Shown here piece after piece: positions 51,901 to 64,000 of a DNA stretch of 64,000 bases. The translations under genes were made by a program, and so were the position numbers. Source of the DNA: Moniliella sp. 'wahieum' (taxonomy: Eukaryota); contig RSEE01000035.1 of NCBI GenBank assembly GCA_003971905.1, positions 1 to 64,000 of the forward strand, read 5' to 3'. Within the stretch, counting starts at the first letter, position 1, and each line of letters begins with the position of its first letter. The notes beneath the pieces were generated by a model, which searched no databases, had not been told where the DNA came from, and worked only from the letters and a program-made list of their open reading frames with translations.

Positions 51901-53805
51901 GTTAGCATGCTGCTTTTGCCCAGGAATCACGGCGACTTCAAAGGCAACTTGGCTTAGATTGCGATACTCACTTAGGGTTCTAGCTGTTTTACCAACTGCT
52001 CACACAACGGGAGGAGAGACTTGGCCGTTTCCGATGCAAAGAGGAAAAGGTTCCTTGCCCATCTAGACTGCGACCGTGAAACGTGCATGTTGCCCAGCAG
52101 CATGCTGTTCAGAGAGCTTGGCCGATTGGACACATTGTCTGCAAAACCATCAGCCCAGCCCACTAGCTGGAGACGGACCAGAGCTCGGCCACAGGCCTTG
52201 GCTCGAAGGGGATTGACGCTCTTCCCAATTTCCTCACCGTCCCTTGTTCCTGTGTCGTACCAGGATGTGGAAGTCATCAGTCAACCCGACAAGAATTGCC
52301 GCTGCGTGAAGAGCAAGAAAACTTACTAATGGTATAGTCGTCGTAGAGGCGCAACTTGGTTATGTCCAACTGAGTAAGAATGAAGGCGCGTGTCCTGTTG
52401 CCGGTGAACTTCAGCAGGTTGGACGTCTCGTCTTGGACCAGGTCGATTCCGATCCCGTGCCACGAGTCGCTATCAGCGTCGTGTTGCCACAAGACGGGAA
52501 AGATAGGCGCGAAATGCTGACCAGGTGAACAGATTCGCCAAGGTACATGTGAATGGCCAGATCGCGTGGATGCTTATTGAGCATGACCATCGGCTGAGTC
52601 CTTGTGCCGATCAGATCCCATCGTCCCTTGTGTGGTTCTTCAATGAACCCGTCCTTGAGGGCCTGGACAATCGCCCTGAGCGACCAGGGATTGGGATACT
52701 GTGACATCTTGGAGCGGATGGACGAGTTCGAGGACATGTATGAGGTGGAAAATGCGGTCTCGCCCGCGAAGGACCCAATGTATATCGTCTCCTGATACAA
52801 ACTGCTCGATACACACGAGGGCTGGCACACCGTCTCGATTGCCTTTTAGTTTTGTTGAGCGAGTAAAGAGAGGCAATTTCCCTTCGCTCTTGACCGCGAC
52901 TTGTGCGAATGCGGTTCTCTCGCAACGAGACGGTTGGACTGGAGTATCGTGCTGTATATAGCTGCTGTCACGACTATCTCAAGTGCGTAGCTTAAAAAAA
53001 TCTATATATATACTAAACGCTCAGGCTGCAGGTGGGCGCCTTGAGCTGGCGGTGGCGTGGGGGGGCAACACTGGCGCCATGCGGGTGGACCACCGGTGGG
53101 CCACCGGTGGTTGCGCCTATAACCGCACGGATCATCGTTCGCCGTATGGTTGCGGGACTCATTCTCCCTCTCGAACGCGATGACGCTTCGTCCCCACGCC
53201 GCAAGTTGTATGGCTCTTGTATCTTTGCCCTTCGATCCCTATCATCTCCGTGTCCCCATGATGTTTTTGGTCTGCGATTAAACGACGAAGGCAAAATTCT
53301 GTGGTTGCCGCCGTCCCGAGGCTCCTCGAACAACCTGCCGTTGCCTTGGCGCTCCTCTACGTCTCTGTGTCTAAACAACCATGGCAATGCATGCTTTTAA
53401 AGATAATCCACTGCCTGATCTGATAGCATCGTGGCACCCTAGCCGCCACCCTAGCCACCACCCTAGCCACCACCCTAGCCACCACCCTAGCCACCGCCCT
53501 AGCCACGCCCTAGCCACCGCCCTAGCCACCGCCCTAGCCGCCAGTCTAGTGAAAAATCTGTGGCTAGCCTTGCCACCAGCCTGCCAGCAAGGCTGCGGAC
53601 TGTCCGGGGATAGGTGGGGGGTAGCTGGGGGTAACCTGGGGCCAAGTTGTCGGGTATAGATTGTCTCGACCTTGGCGACCATCTTGCGCAAGCTTTTCTT
53701 GTACAGGGTTGTGGCACTTCTAATCATAGACTCACGGTATCAAATTCTTACCTTGAGGCGAGATCGGCGGCAACGTTGTGACTAGAAATTTCGATTAGCT
53801 ATGTG
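48901..53805 (-). mobile_element. CMC (EnSpm/Mirage-like) DNA transposon, ~4.9 kb, probable 2-bp TSD TG
   Basis: TIR C(A)CATAGCTAATCGAAATTTCTAG at 48901 and reverse complement ending at 53805. TG flanks both ends. Subterminal (CCCTAGCCACCA)n at 53436-53545. Internal transposase. Confidence 0.87.
49373..52950 (-). CDS. Fungal EnSpm/CMC-type transposase, divergent, with introns and frameshifts
   Basis: Ordered family motifs WADGFADNVS, GDNVAANE..CCRFC, FNPLL..IDVMHTVLLGPVK, RPKFHLLSHL..WGP..TQREEEF..TNR..RD, NVQHNC..C. 5' end uncertain. Confidence 0.8.
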
Positions 53806-55796
53806 TGATCATGCAGGGACCCAGGCCAGGACGACTTGGAGGTCGTTGACCGATTGTGGATGAGAGGTCTTTCCGAGTCTCCTACGCCCTGTCTCTGTGG
53901 TAGACGCCTATAAACCTTTGCTTCATTGAAAAGTATTTCCTTCTCCCTAGCTCGGTTTCGATCCACCGCCAAACCCAAGCACCAAATTGTCGCAAGTCGA
54001 GACCCCACTGCAGTCTTCAGGAAGACATTGCACCCCTATAAAATATCCGGGCGGACTCCCAGGATGGGGCCCACCATGACATTCTGTCTATAGGAAGCCA
54101 TGCTCATACAAGATTGTGCCATTTATTCATTGTCAGGGGTGTCTCGGTTCATACCGTCCGTGACATACTCAAGAGGGTGATCCCCGTCAAATTCTCAGGC
54201 AAGCCGCGGGGACGACGTTTTTGTCGAGATATGCGTCACCCTATCATTGACCCCGCTGTCGACTGGAGCCCATAAACACGCTTAGGTGTTGAACATGTGA
54301 TGGCATTAATTGAATCAAAACAGTTGAGAGGAAGCAGCCATGTTTGGTGGTGATATGGTTGCGTGTTTTCAACGGAAGTGAGGTCTGCTACAGTTGTATT
54401 ATGGGATGATATAGGTGGGTGTCGTAGTTTGGTGGCAAAATGAAAGTCTTTGGGTGACAGCATACCCCCGCAAAACAATCCATCCTTCAGCGAAGAAACC
54501 GACTTGTGTACGTGGCACGTTACTGATTCACCTCACTCGATGACTGTAGCGTATTTGGCTTCCTTCTTTAGCGTTGCAAGAGGGAGGCAATCCAAAAGGA
54601 CACCTCTCTGTTGCTCTAAATGCGTGGGGCGATTAGAGCATTGCTGGCTTCCCTCTGTGAGATTTATATACGGTTGAGAGCAGCAGGGCAGATCATCAAA
54701 AGGCACGGTGGCAGGCGCCGACACAAATAATGGGCGCAAATTCGTCATATATGGAGCCACAATCAGATGGAGAGACCCAACTCACGAATTTATACAGCTT
54801 GCGCGACCGCCGACGTGCGAACACATTGAATTGTACTCGCACTAGTAAGTATGAACAGTATACTTGGGCTGGTGCTGTGCTGATGGGCTTTCTTGATGCG
54901 ACGGTAGCACAGCCCATCTTATAGCGAGTGCCACACCGTGCTCCAAATAGGGGTGTGCTCTCCGATATGACGAGCTACGAAACTGTCGGTGAGAGACTGT
55001 CTATTCCTCCCATCCGCGTTGCCGATGAACTGAAGCACAGGCAAAGCACAGCGGAAGACGCGTATATGATACAAAGGCTACGGTAATGGTTTGACAGTCG
55101 GGGCACTAAGGCGAGGGAGACCAGAGTTGACACAAGGTCGATGAATGTACGAATCGTTGGTGGGGAAAAAACATGCCAAAACAGAGGTCGTGGAGCGAAA
55201 CAGAAAAACAGGGAAAGAGCGAGACGCTCGAGAGGCGAAGTACTGTTGCTACCCTATACTCTCACATAGGAGTTGCCTACAGCGATGCCGCGCGAAGCCA
55301 AAGAGAGGTGTTTTTGTGTATGCCGGGAAACATGAGAGGTAGGGAGGAAAAGAAGGCAGATGGGTTGGATAAATTGGGGAACGGACAGGAGGTATATGTA
55401 CTTCATGAAGGAAGTGGGAACAGCTGAAAGGTGGTCGCAGGAATTCGTGCATGTTATAAATAGGAATCACGCTGTAGGGGCCCACAGATTGGGTCAAGAC
55501 CCTCTCCCCCAGCATATGAAGCGAGTCTGACACTCCCAACGATGCTGTGGGCACCTTTTTGGGTCTCTCCTTCGACGATGTTCAAATCGTAAACCGACAC
55601 TAGCTCGACGATAACGAGTTGATGGACAATTCTCCACACTAACCGTAAGGTCGTAAGAGGAGAAAAACGCCATTCAGATATTAACTGATAGTACAGATCT
55701 ATTTCACTTGTGGGCCAGAACTGATGACTGAAGAGGAGTTTGGCTTTGTTTTATGGACTGCGGAAAGTCACCGTCGTTCAATATCAATTTTCCATC

Positions 55797-56184
55797 AAAG
55801 GGAAAGGAAAGGGAAAGGGAAAGGGAAGGGAAAGGAAAGGGAAAGGGAAAGGGGAAAGGGAAAGGGAAGGGAAAGGGAGAAGGAAAGGGAAAGGGAAAGG
55901 GAACGACTGTTGCTTTGAGATCAAAAAAGGTGACACAAGAGTATTGCGAGAGAGACTGATTTTTGGTCTTGCGAACTACATGCACCATAGCAATGATATC
56001 TGAGGGGGGAAAGGGAAAGGGAAAGGTAAAGGGAAAGGGAAAGGGAAAGGAAAGGGAAAGGGAAGGGAAAGGGCCGGTGATACGACTGTTGCTTTGAGAT
56101 CAAAAAGGTGACAGCAAGAGTATTGCGAGGAGAGAGACTGATGTTTTGGTCTTGCGAACTACATGCACCATAGCATGATATCTG
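55797..56184 (+). repeat. Two (GGGAAA)n tracts, each followed by the same ~100-bp unit (tandem duplication)
   Basis: Tracts at ~55797-55902 and ~56004-56072. The unit acgactgttgctttgagatc..gatatctg occurs at ~55903-56002 and ~56082-56184. Confidence 0.92.
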
Positions 56185-56355
56185 CAAAAGGAGAAACCAG
56201 AATCTGGGAGTGAATAAACTCAGCGACCTTATCGATATCGCTCGTCCTCTTTTTGCTGAAAGCGCGTTGTGAGCGCACTGCTCCATTTCCTTTCGTCGAA
56301 TGATGGCCCACAAAACTCTACACCGGAGAGTCAGGCCGGGTCTCATATATATTTC

Positions 56356-56620
56356 CGTTGCACCGTGGCTGCTCTGAGTAGTAGCACTGCCCTATAGTTG
56401 GAGATTTTGGTCTAGACTTGGCCTGCGCCGCGCCCCCACGCGCCACCTCCACTTTATTCCAATGGGAAACCGCCCGTGTATAGTAGACACCGCTGGCGCA
56501 TCCCTCCGCTGTTCTTCCTTACCACCCCCACTTCGCTCAACTCGTTACCTCGTTCTCGATCATGCTTCTGGTAGCTCAGATCTCAGACCACGCATCTGCC
56601 TGCCGTAGTACGTCGCTGCA
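56356..56620. mobile_element. Short solo LTR related to 29988-30239, 4-bp TSD TTTC
   Basis: cgttgc (TG changed to CG)...gctgCA, with TTTC on both sides (56352-56355, 56621-56624). Shares internal motifs with the 29988 copy. Confidence 0.6.
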
Positions 56621-56874
56621 TTTCACTCGCACTTTTGTCACGGCGTATTCAGACAACCGCTTTATTAGGGCTTTTGCGATCTATTAGGTACAATGCGATC
56701 AATGGGTCGATGAGCGCTCCAAGATCGTGTGTGCTGGAGGGGCGTCTTTGGGGGTGCTAGCAATGCATGGGTGTGGCGCGTGGATCGTGACGCGTGGCTG
56801 GTGGAGGTTGGAGTGGCAATTTAAGTTTAGGTGATTGTGGCTGTAGCCACAGCCGCAGGGCATTCTAGAGCGGC

Positions 56875-59800
56875 TGTGACATGTGACATGCGTCATCACA
56901 TGTGAAGCTTGAAGCTTGCAGCTTGAAGGCTGTCCGAGACAGCAGAAAACTTACCAATAGCAGCCACCAGCATCAGTGCATCAGAGCCAGACAGCGAGGG
57001 CATGAGTACGCCCAAACTGAGTTTTCTGATAGTGTACCTGCGCATCAAAGATGGACGTCAAGGCGTCGCGTCAGCCTATATTATTTGCTCTGTGGCTCAG
57101 CGCGCTTCGCTCAGGCTGAGCATGACGCTCATATCAATATTCAATGGACGGTTTAGGACGGGGGAACTTGTATAGCCCAAATTAAAACGTGCGAATGCCG
57201 CCAATGGTCGCAGATAGAACCAGCACGGCAGCTGCAAGATCCACGACTCGGTACTCAGGCTAAGGCCCTAGGCCCCAGGCGGCCTGGCCTGACCGTGACC
57301 GGGGCCTGACGGTGCCCTGGCCCTGACCGGACTAACATGTAACAGGATGTCTGCGACCCAGGGTACCTAGCATCCTAAGGTCTAAGATCAAACCGGTAAC
57401 CGGCAACCGGTAATCTCGGGGATGTAAGGCCCAAGGACCCTTCTGTTGGGCCCTTTTTGGGGCTTGATGACATGCATGATGCATGATGATGATGCATGAT
57501 ACATGATGCATGATGTTGATGCTTGATGTATGGAGAATGGACCTCCAGAGACACTTTGCCACATGAAAGCGGTCTACTGCTAATCACTGGTCACCGTCAC
57601 TAGTCATAGTCACTAATAGCTTCAGCTTCACTCGCTTCAAGCTTCAAGCTTCAAGCTTGAATCGACTGGTATAATGAGTGCATCCTACGGTGCCCTGCCG
57701 GTGCCCTGCCAGCCCTGCCAGCCCTGCCGGGGCGGCCTCGCACGAGGCGCTAGCGAGCTCCACCAAGCTCCACTCCTGCGGCCGAAGGCGCTGTGTGAGT
57801 GGTGCCCAAGCCACCCCCATTGCAGCGAGGGCGCGGGTCCCTGTGTCGCATTCTGAAAACTGTGCCAGGCGCCAGCCCAGGGCTGCGATCTGAGATTATC
57901 GAGACTATCTGAGATCTGAATCTGAGATGGATCACCGATTGTCGACCCCCACTCCCGTCTCACGCGTCACGTTCACACGCAGAGACGACGATCTGGGCGT
58001 GCCCGATCCAGGATTCTGGAGAACAAGGGTTTGGAAGGGTCCCGAATTCTGGGCCAGACTAGCTGGTTGCACGTTGCTCGCAACCTGGCTAGTCGTTACA
58101 TGTTTCTTGTCGGAATACATGATGCATGATGCATGATGCATGAATATGAATGGGGCTCTGGCGACCGGATGTTGGATGTCCTCGATCATCGATCATCGAT
58201 CATCGATCATCGGCCATGCATCCACCCCGTACCACGCCCTTCTACGCCCTGCTCTGCCCTGTCCTGCCCTCCCAGGCCCTTCCATACACCACCCCACAAG
58301 CCAAGGTATGACATGTGCGTGCAATCTGACTCACATGTGCACGTGCCGGGCAAAGCAGAAGGACGTGCGAGGTTTGTGATGCGAAGGGTGAGATCTGAGA
58401 ATTGATCATCGATCAAATGTCACACATCGACGTGTGGCTGAGTACGCGAGTGCGCTGTGACCGTCAGCTCTCAGGATGAGGCAGGCATACGGCCCTGAAG
58501 GGCCGAAGCCCTAGCGAGGGTGGTTATATAGTGTAGGGGAGCCAACCAAAACGACACCTACTCACGGGACGTCACCAGCCAGTTGCCTCTAGGTCTGGTC
58601 GGTGGACCAGAACAGCAGATGCGAGAACCATGGGCTTAAACCTGAGGCGTAAGGCTCTGGCGTGAGGCTCACAGGCTTGACAAGATGTGCTTCAAGCTAT
58701 TTCGAGGTGAAGGAGCGAAGGAGCTTGAAGAGTTGGCCACAGACCCGACCCACTCGGTGACTGAGAAACGTATCGATGAGGCTGGATTCCATGTACGATG
58801 CGATGAAGTCACACCATTCCGCATCATGAGCATCATGCATCTTCATGCACACCGAGGGCCATACTGAGTGTTATTGCCGCGTCAGTCGAGGGAGCGATGG
58901 GAACATTCTCGACCTCTCAACGGCTGAATCCAGGAATACCCCATGCTCGACTGTAGCCTGTCTGTTGGTGTATAGCACCATCTATCTACCTTGCCTTGTC
59001 GCTCCGTGTATCCAGAAAGAGCGCACTGGTTTTTAATGCTGTGTGTGGTTACCGGTTACCGGTTATATCGCGGGTATATACCCACAATACTCCACCGTCC
59101 ATCTCATCCACTATACGTGACGCATGTGGGATGCTGGACTCGGACCGATGAGAGGGCGATTGAGGGCCCCGCGCGAAGACTGTGATACATGTGATGCATG
59201 TGAGCGTGAGCGGCTGAGCGCGCGGTAACCCGGTGACCCGGTGACAAGACTACACTAAACACACGTTTAACGTTAAAACGTTAGCGATACGGAATACTTC
59301 TTTAGGTGTCCGAGCCATGTGGGCCGAGCTGAAGCGCGAGGCGCTGATGCCTCAAGCTGAGGCCCTCTCGGGCCTCAGGCGCCTCAGGCCGCCTCAGGGC
59401 CGCGCCCGCCGCGAGAAGGCGACGGATGAGATGCGCGTGAGGGTATTGTGAGCACACGGGGGCACATGTGTTTCTTCCTGGAATAGGCTGCGGTTGCCGC
59501 TTGCCCCGGTTATTGAGTTGCGGGGTACGGGGTACACGTTAGATACATGAGTTGCAAACGTAGGACTGTTTACTAGTTGGCTGCGGCGAACCTCCTGTAA
59601 AAATGCATAATGCGGTGGAGCCCTTCTCATAACCGGCATAACCTCTTTCCTCAGGATTTGGGTCGCGACCTGCCGCTGCCCAGCGCTATGCGCTATAGAA
59701 TCCGTTCACGTTCACCGTTTGGCCTTCACGCGGTATGGAGGGCGACCTGTATTATGCCACACACTTGTATTAACTATACCCAAGCGCGGCAGCCCACGCT

Positions 59801-60300
59801 GAGGCGCTGTGATACATGTGAGCGCGCTGAGGCCATAAGCTTAAGTTTTAAGAGCTTTAAGATCTAAGATCTAAGAAACTGGCCACGGTTATGTGGTGAG
59901 CAGTATGATTAACGGCCTTAAGGTCTTGGTCGCGCGGTGAGGGCCTGCCTCAGGCGGTCGGCCGGTCAGGAACCCTCAAAGACTCAGATCGCGAGATCAG
60001 AGCGGGGAAGAGATGACGCGTGATGTGTGAGGAGCGATGCATGATGCATGATGCTCTGATGAAGTCGAAAACGCGTTCCCGCGTTTATGAGCGCAGAGCA
60101 GGCATCATGCATCATGCATCTCGTATATATCATCGATCACTAGTCACTAGTCACTAGTTGCTAGTCACTGATCTCGATCATTGATCACCAACACTATGAC
60201 ACATTAAAGATTGACGCGTGACGTATTAACCCATCACTCGATCGTAGTGTGACCGGCAATACTCTACAGTACTAAGTACGCAGTCTGAGTGCTAAGCTAA
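56875..60300. repeat. Dense field of period-7 palindromic micro-arrays (ANNNNT-N)n
   Basis: Examples: (AAGCTT-C)n 57635-57660, (ATGCAT-G)n 58118-58143, (ATCGAT-C)n 58183-58211, (ACCGGT-T)n 59047-59065, (AGATCT-A)n 59858-59875, (ACTAGT-C)n 60137-60160. Confidence 0.9.
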
Positions 60301-61235
60301 CTAGCGGTGCGTGATGGTGATGGGTTTGATTATCTCGAGTATCGATGGGCACTGGGGCCGAAGGATGCACTCGCAGGGAGGGCGAGCGCAGGCCAGCGCC
60401 GCCAAGGCGACGCAAGGCTTGCGGGAAAACTGCAGGCGAGGCGATCGAAACCAACAAAGCTCGGTGTAGCTCCGAGACATGAACTAGACATCACCACCAG
60501 CGCTCAGATCTCTGACCACCCCACCGCCGCCACCGGCCATGCCGCCACGGCAGCCATGGGCCAGAGGAGCGGTGCCCTGCTGTGCCCTGCTGTGCCTGCT
60601 GTGCCTGCTGTGCTGCTGTGCCCTGCTGTGCCTGCTGTGCCCTGCTGCTGTGCTGGCGGCGGTGTGTGTGAGTCTGTGCACAGCTGCCCATTTATCCATT
60701 CTGCATTCTGCATCTGCATTCTGCCCCGGAACAGCCTGGCCCAGGCGCAGCGCGGCAGTCGCGAGAGCTAGGAGCGTGCTGCACATAGCAGGCTGCCCAG
60801 CCACTGTACGTAGCCAGCGTCCTGGAGGCCGGGGGATGGAGGGCTGCGTACTGCGTATGCCTGCCCGGTTGCTATCGGAGGTTGTGCACCAGGCGCCCTC
60901 GGGAACCTGTGTCGCCCCTCCGACCCACCCGGCTTCCTGTCCTGCCACCACCACCTCCCAGCCCCCCCTCTCCCTCCCCCTCGCCTGGCCCTGCTCCCCG
61001 CGCCAGCCCTTCCCCCCTCGTCTCAGGCCCCCTGGCCTCAAGGTCCCGCTTTTGTCCCTACCCACCGCCCTGCCCTCTCCGCCCCAGCACTCACCCTCGG
61101 CTGCAGACATCCAGCGCCCCTCCAGTCACTAGTCACTCCAGTGCTCCGCCTCCACCCCCAACAAGCGTCCTCGGCACGTGAGCTCCACGTTAGCCCATCG
61201 TCACTTTACCCCACCCCCCGCCCCCACCTTTCGCC

Positions 61236-63248
61236 ATGTCCACGCCTGCCCCTGCCGCTTCCACTGCAGCCTCAGCGCCGCCCGTGCCCTCCATCCGCAG
61301 CCAGAGCAGCCTGCCTCTGAACCTACCCCCAACAGCATGTCGGCCCCGAATCAGTACTTGCCCCTCGTGGCCTCTCCCTCTCGACCGGGGCTCCTGTCTC
61401 CTGCCTTGCCTCCCCTGGCGCCTGCGCGCGCTGCATCGTTTGACCTCGCTGCTGCCCAACCCTCCAACGCTTTCCTCATGCGCGACTGGACTGCGCCAGG
61501 CTTGACCTCCATCATCAGCCCGTCTAACATCCGCCCCGCCAGGCCAGCACCTTTTTATGGCCCCGCCCCTCCTCCGTCCCCCCGTCTACCCTTTCCGCTT
61601 TCCCTCTCCCTGCCACGCGTCCACCTCCGCCAACGTTTGCCTCTATGCCGCCTCGAGCCCCTCGTGAACCCACGGGCACGCTTGTCGGTACACCTCAACT
61701 GCAATGGTGCGATATGATCTGCCAGACGCTTGCTGAGCTTGCCGAACCGCGCATGGTCGTCCAGGACCTCTTTCTACGCATGTGTCAGCTGTTCCCCGAA
61801 ATTCGTGAATGGGCCGTGGGTAAAGATTGGGAGGTATGTATTGTTCCTTGGACCCGTCTCTTTCGCTACAAGGTCAACTCATTAACTCACACATTCCTTC
61901 TCTGCTCACAGGGCAAAGTCAAAAACCGGATCAAGTCGACTCTGTCTATCAAGAACGCCTACTTTACCAAATTGCCACGACCATCCCACGTGCCGGGTAA
62001 GGGTTCTTGGTGGACTCTTACCCCCGATGTGTTGGCCGAATGGCGCACAGGGAAGAAAGCGGTTGTCGTTCGGACCCAGCTAGGGCACATTGACGCGCCT
62101 CGACGCCCTACAACGGCTACTACTCAGGCTGCCGCGTCGGGTGGGTCGGTAAAGCATGATCGCAAAGCGCCACGGACCGTACCTCCGCCGTCTTCTGCTG
62201 CCAGTCGCGAGTCGAGTGTGCCAGGTTCCAGTCCCATGGGCAATGCCACTGTCCCCGCGCCGTTGCCACCGCTGGGCTTGGGCTTCTCGACGGGCTTACC
62301 TGGGTCAAGTTTATGACGCCCATGGTCACTTCGCCGGCGATTCCCCCGCCAACGTCTTTACCCCTTTCTGGCCTTCCTTCACCCGAAGTTGCAACCACCC
62401 CGTTAGGCCTGCAATTTGGCACACCTTCCTTCGATTCCGTGCCACCTGCACAACGACTGCCCGCATTTAACAGCCCGCTGCAGCCCGTGTCAGCAAGCTG
62501 GGCAACCCCTTCGTCGGTGTCAGCGCCTTCCTTGGCCCATAGCCCGACTCAGCAATTGTAAGCACACCCTCCCTTCCCTTCGCTCGTTGCTCGTTGCTTG
62601 TCGCGCAATCCTTCTTTCTGTTGTCTGTCGCCTGCTGTTGGAGTAACGGCTCTTCTCCTCTCCCCTCCCCCTATTGCCACCTAGATCACGCCCTGTGGGT
62701 TAAAATATACATGATGCTGATCCCCACTTTTTTATCTTTGCTTTTTGCAGATCAGCGAATACGATAGGCGTTACAACGCCCGCTTTCGGTACCTTGCCTG
62801 CCGCAAGTTTAGCCCCCGCCCCAGATGATGGTCCAACCAACCCCATCCGAGCTGAGATGGACATCATTTTTGGTTGGTCTGGTGGTGACGAACTCAAGAA
62901 GGATGGGTGGAATGAACCAAGAGAGTCGACCGAGACAACACCCCCTTGGTGGCAGATAAAGCCATGGCCGGACCATTTCTGGCTGAACACGAGTCAATCC
63001 TAAGCCCCAGCCCTTCCGACTCGAGCGGTGCGAGCGTACAAACGTGGTTTGAGCGCACGAGCGATGAGGCACCAGAGATGGCGGGTCGCAGCCTTTCCTT
63101 TCTTGGTATCCCACCAGATGTGGTGTTCGCCTCCTTGAGGGAGGGGGCGAATGGTCCCGGTCCCAAGCCCTTGGTACCCGATTCGGACTCCCCCCTCCCA
63201 CGCCTCCTGACCAATCCGAGTCCGACGATCGGGACTGAACGCTGGTAA
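61236..63248 (+). CDS. Divergent forkhead (winged-helix) transcription factor
   Basis: PQLQWCDMICQTL..VQDLFLRMCQLFP..W..WE, in-frame intron 61834-61911, then GKVKNRIKSTLSIKNAYFTKLPRPSHVPGKGSWWTL. Pro/Ser-rich flanks; second intron ~62558-62750. Confidence 0.8.
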
Positions 63249-64000
63249 GCGTTGCTGCCAGTGCTTACATCCCTCCTCTGCTGTGAGACGCGATTCCCCC
63301 AACTGCCAGATGCACGCCTGCAGACATTCCGTCCTGTCCCCCCAAGTCTTCCTATTGGAGTAGCCTGGCAGCTGTCCCTCTTCCCCCGTCATCCTCGTCT
63401 TGGTTTCGAAATCGCTCTGTGCAGTTCTGTACGATTAGTCCTTGTTCTCGTCCTGGTTGTTGCCTTCCCCACCCCTTATTAGTAGCACTGCACTGGCTTC
63501 TTTGTCCTGTCGCGCTGTCTACGTTGGAAAAAACGTTCTATTTTCCTTGGCTCTCGATCCGCCTGACCCGGTATGATGGTCAGCACCTATCTTCTCTTCA
63601 CCTACCTTTATGAAAACCCCTTCTATGAAACGTCGTTCTCATCGCTGCCCATTGTTCTGTGTCGAAGCTGTGTGGCCACAGGATATATCGGCTTGCTAGC
63701 TTGGCGCTTCGTCAGCGACTTCTATATTTGAGTATCGACGGTAAACAATATGACTTGGTGGCAACCTGTTTGCTTAGTTGAGTGTTGTTTGGTACCTATC
63801 ACATCATCCACATCTCGACCCAATTCTGTGATATCCCATTGGACTCTTCTCAGGCCCTGGGGAATGGCCCCAACTCAGATCTCACGTGTAATATACCTTG
63901 GTGGCCTTTGTTTTGCCCTCCGCCCGCCTCACCGATTCGACCAGGGTGCGAGATACCGGCCAAGAAAAGACCAAAGGGGTAGCTCTTCTCCTTTGTCTGA

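Noticed and set aside
42300..56350. One giant Starship-like element spanning the transposon nest
   Set aside because: No tyrosine-recombinase captain or outer boundaries seen; the region is explained by separate adjacent insertions.
6277..60300. Tandem HindIII/SpeI/BglII/ClaI-type sites as cloning-linker contamination
   Set aside because: They are scattered, degenerate, and built from local flanking bases (shown at 18795-18830), not a polylinker.
963..63248. Frameshifts in nearly all conserved genes read as pseudogenisation or programmed frameshifting
   Set aside because: They also hit core genes (NDUFS3, NMNAT, GLC3), look like single-base losses often in short homopolymers, and leave motifs intact. 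This is typical of uncorrected long-read consensus.

Overview
Left end of a fungal chromosome, starting with a (CCCTAA)n telomere. GT-AG introns, high GC and the gene set point to a basidiomycete, probably Ustilaginomycotina (inference). Nearly every conserved gene has several single-base frameshifts, best explained as an unpolished long-read consensus, so CDS ends are approximate. Genes in order: an SDR cut off by the telomere, GLC3, an aldehyde reductase-type epimerase, NMNAT, GCV3, GPC1, a GNAT, a ~5 kb NRPS-like A-T-membrane enzyme (polymalate/Pls synthetase architecture), a bacterial-looking Old Yellow Enzyme, tRNA-Lys(CTT), a telobox-Myb protein, NDUFS3, SEC22, an Rpa14-like protein and a divergent forkhead TF. 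The 42-57 kb region is a transposon nest: a 4.9 kb TIR element with a 7-bp TSD and a 4.9 kb CMC/EnSpm-like element. Helitron 3' ends and solo LTRs lie there and at 29-30.5 kb. Best signal: intergenic DNA is full of period-7 palindromic micro-arrays (TNA + 4-bp palindrome). Comparing repeat copies inside this window shows extra array units at an NN-TNA-NN site in one copy only. That site matches the TSD of the TIR element, so the arrays look like stacked hairpin-excision footprints of a 7-bp-TSD transposon family.
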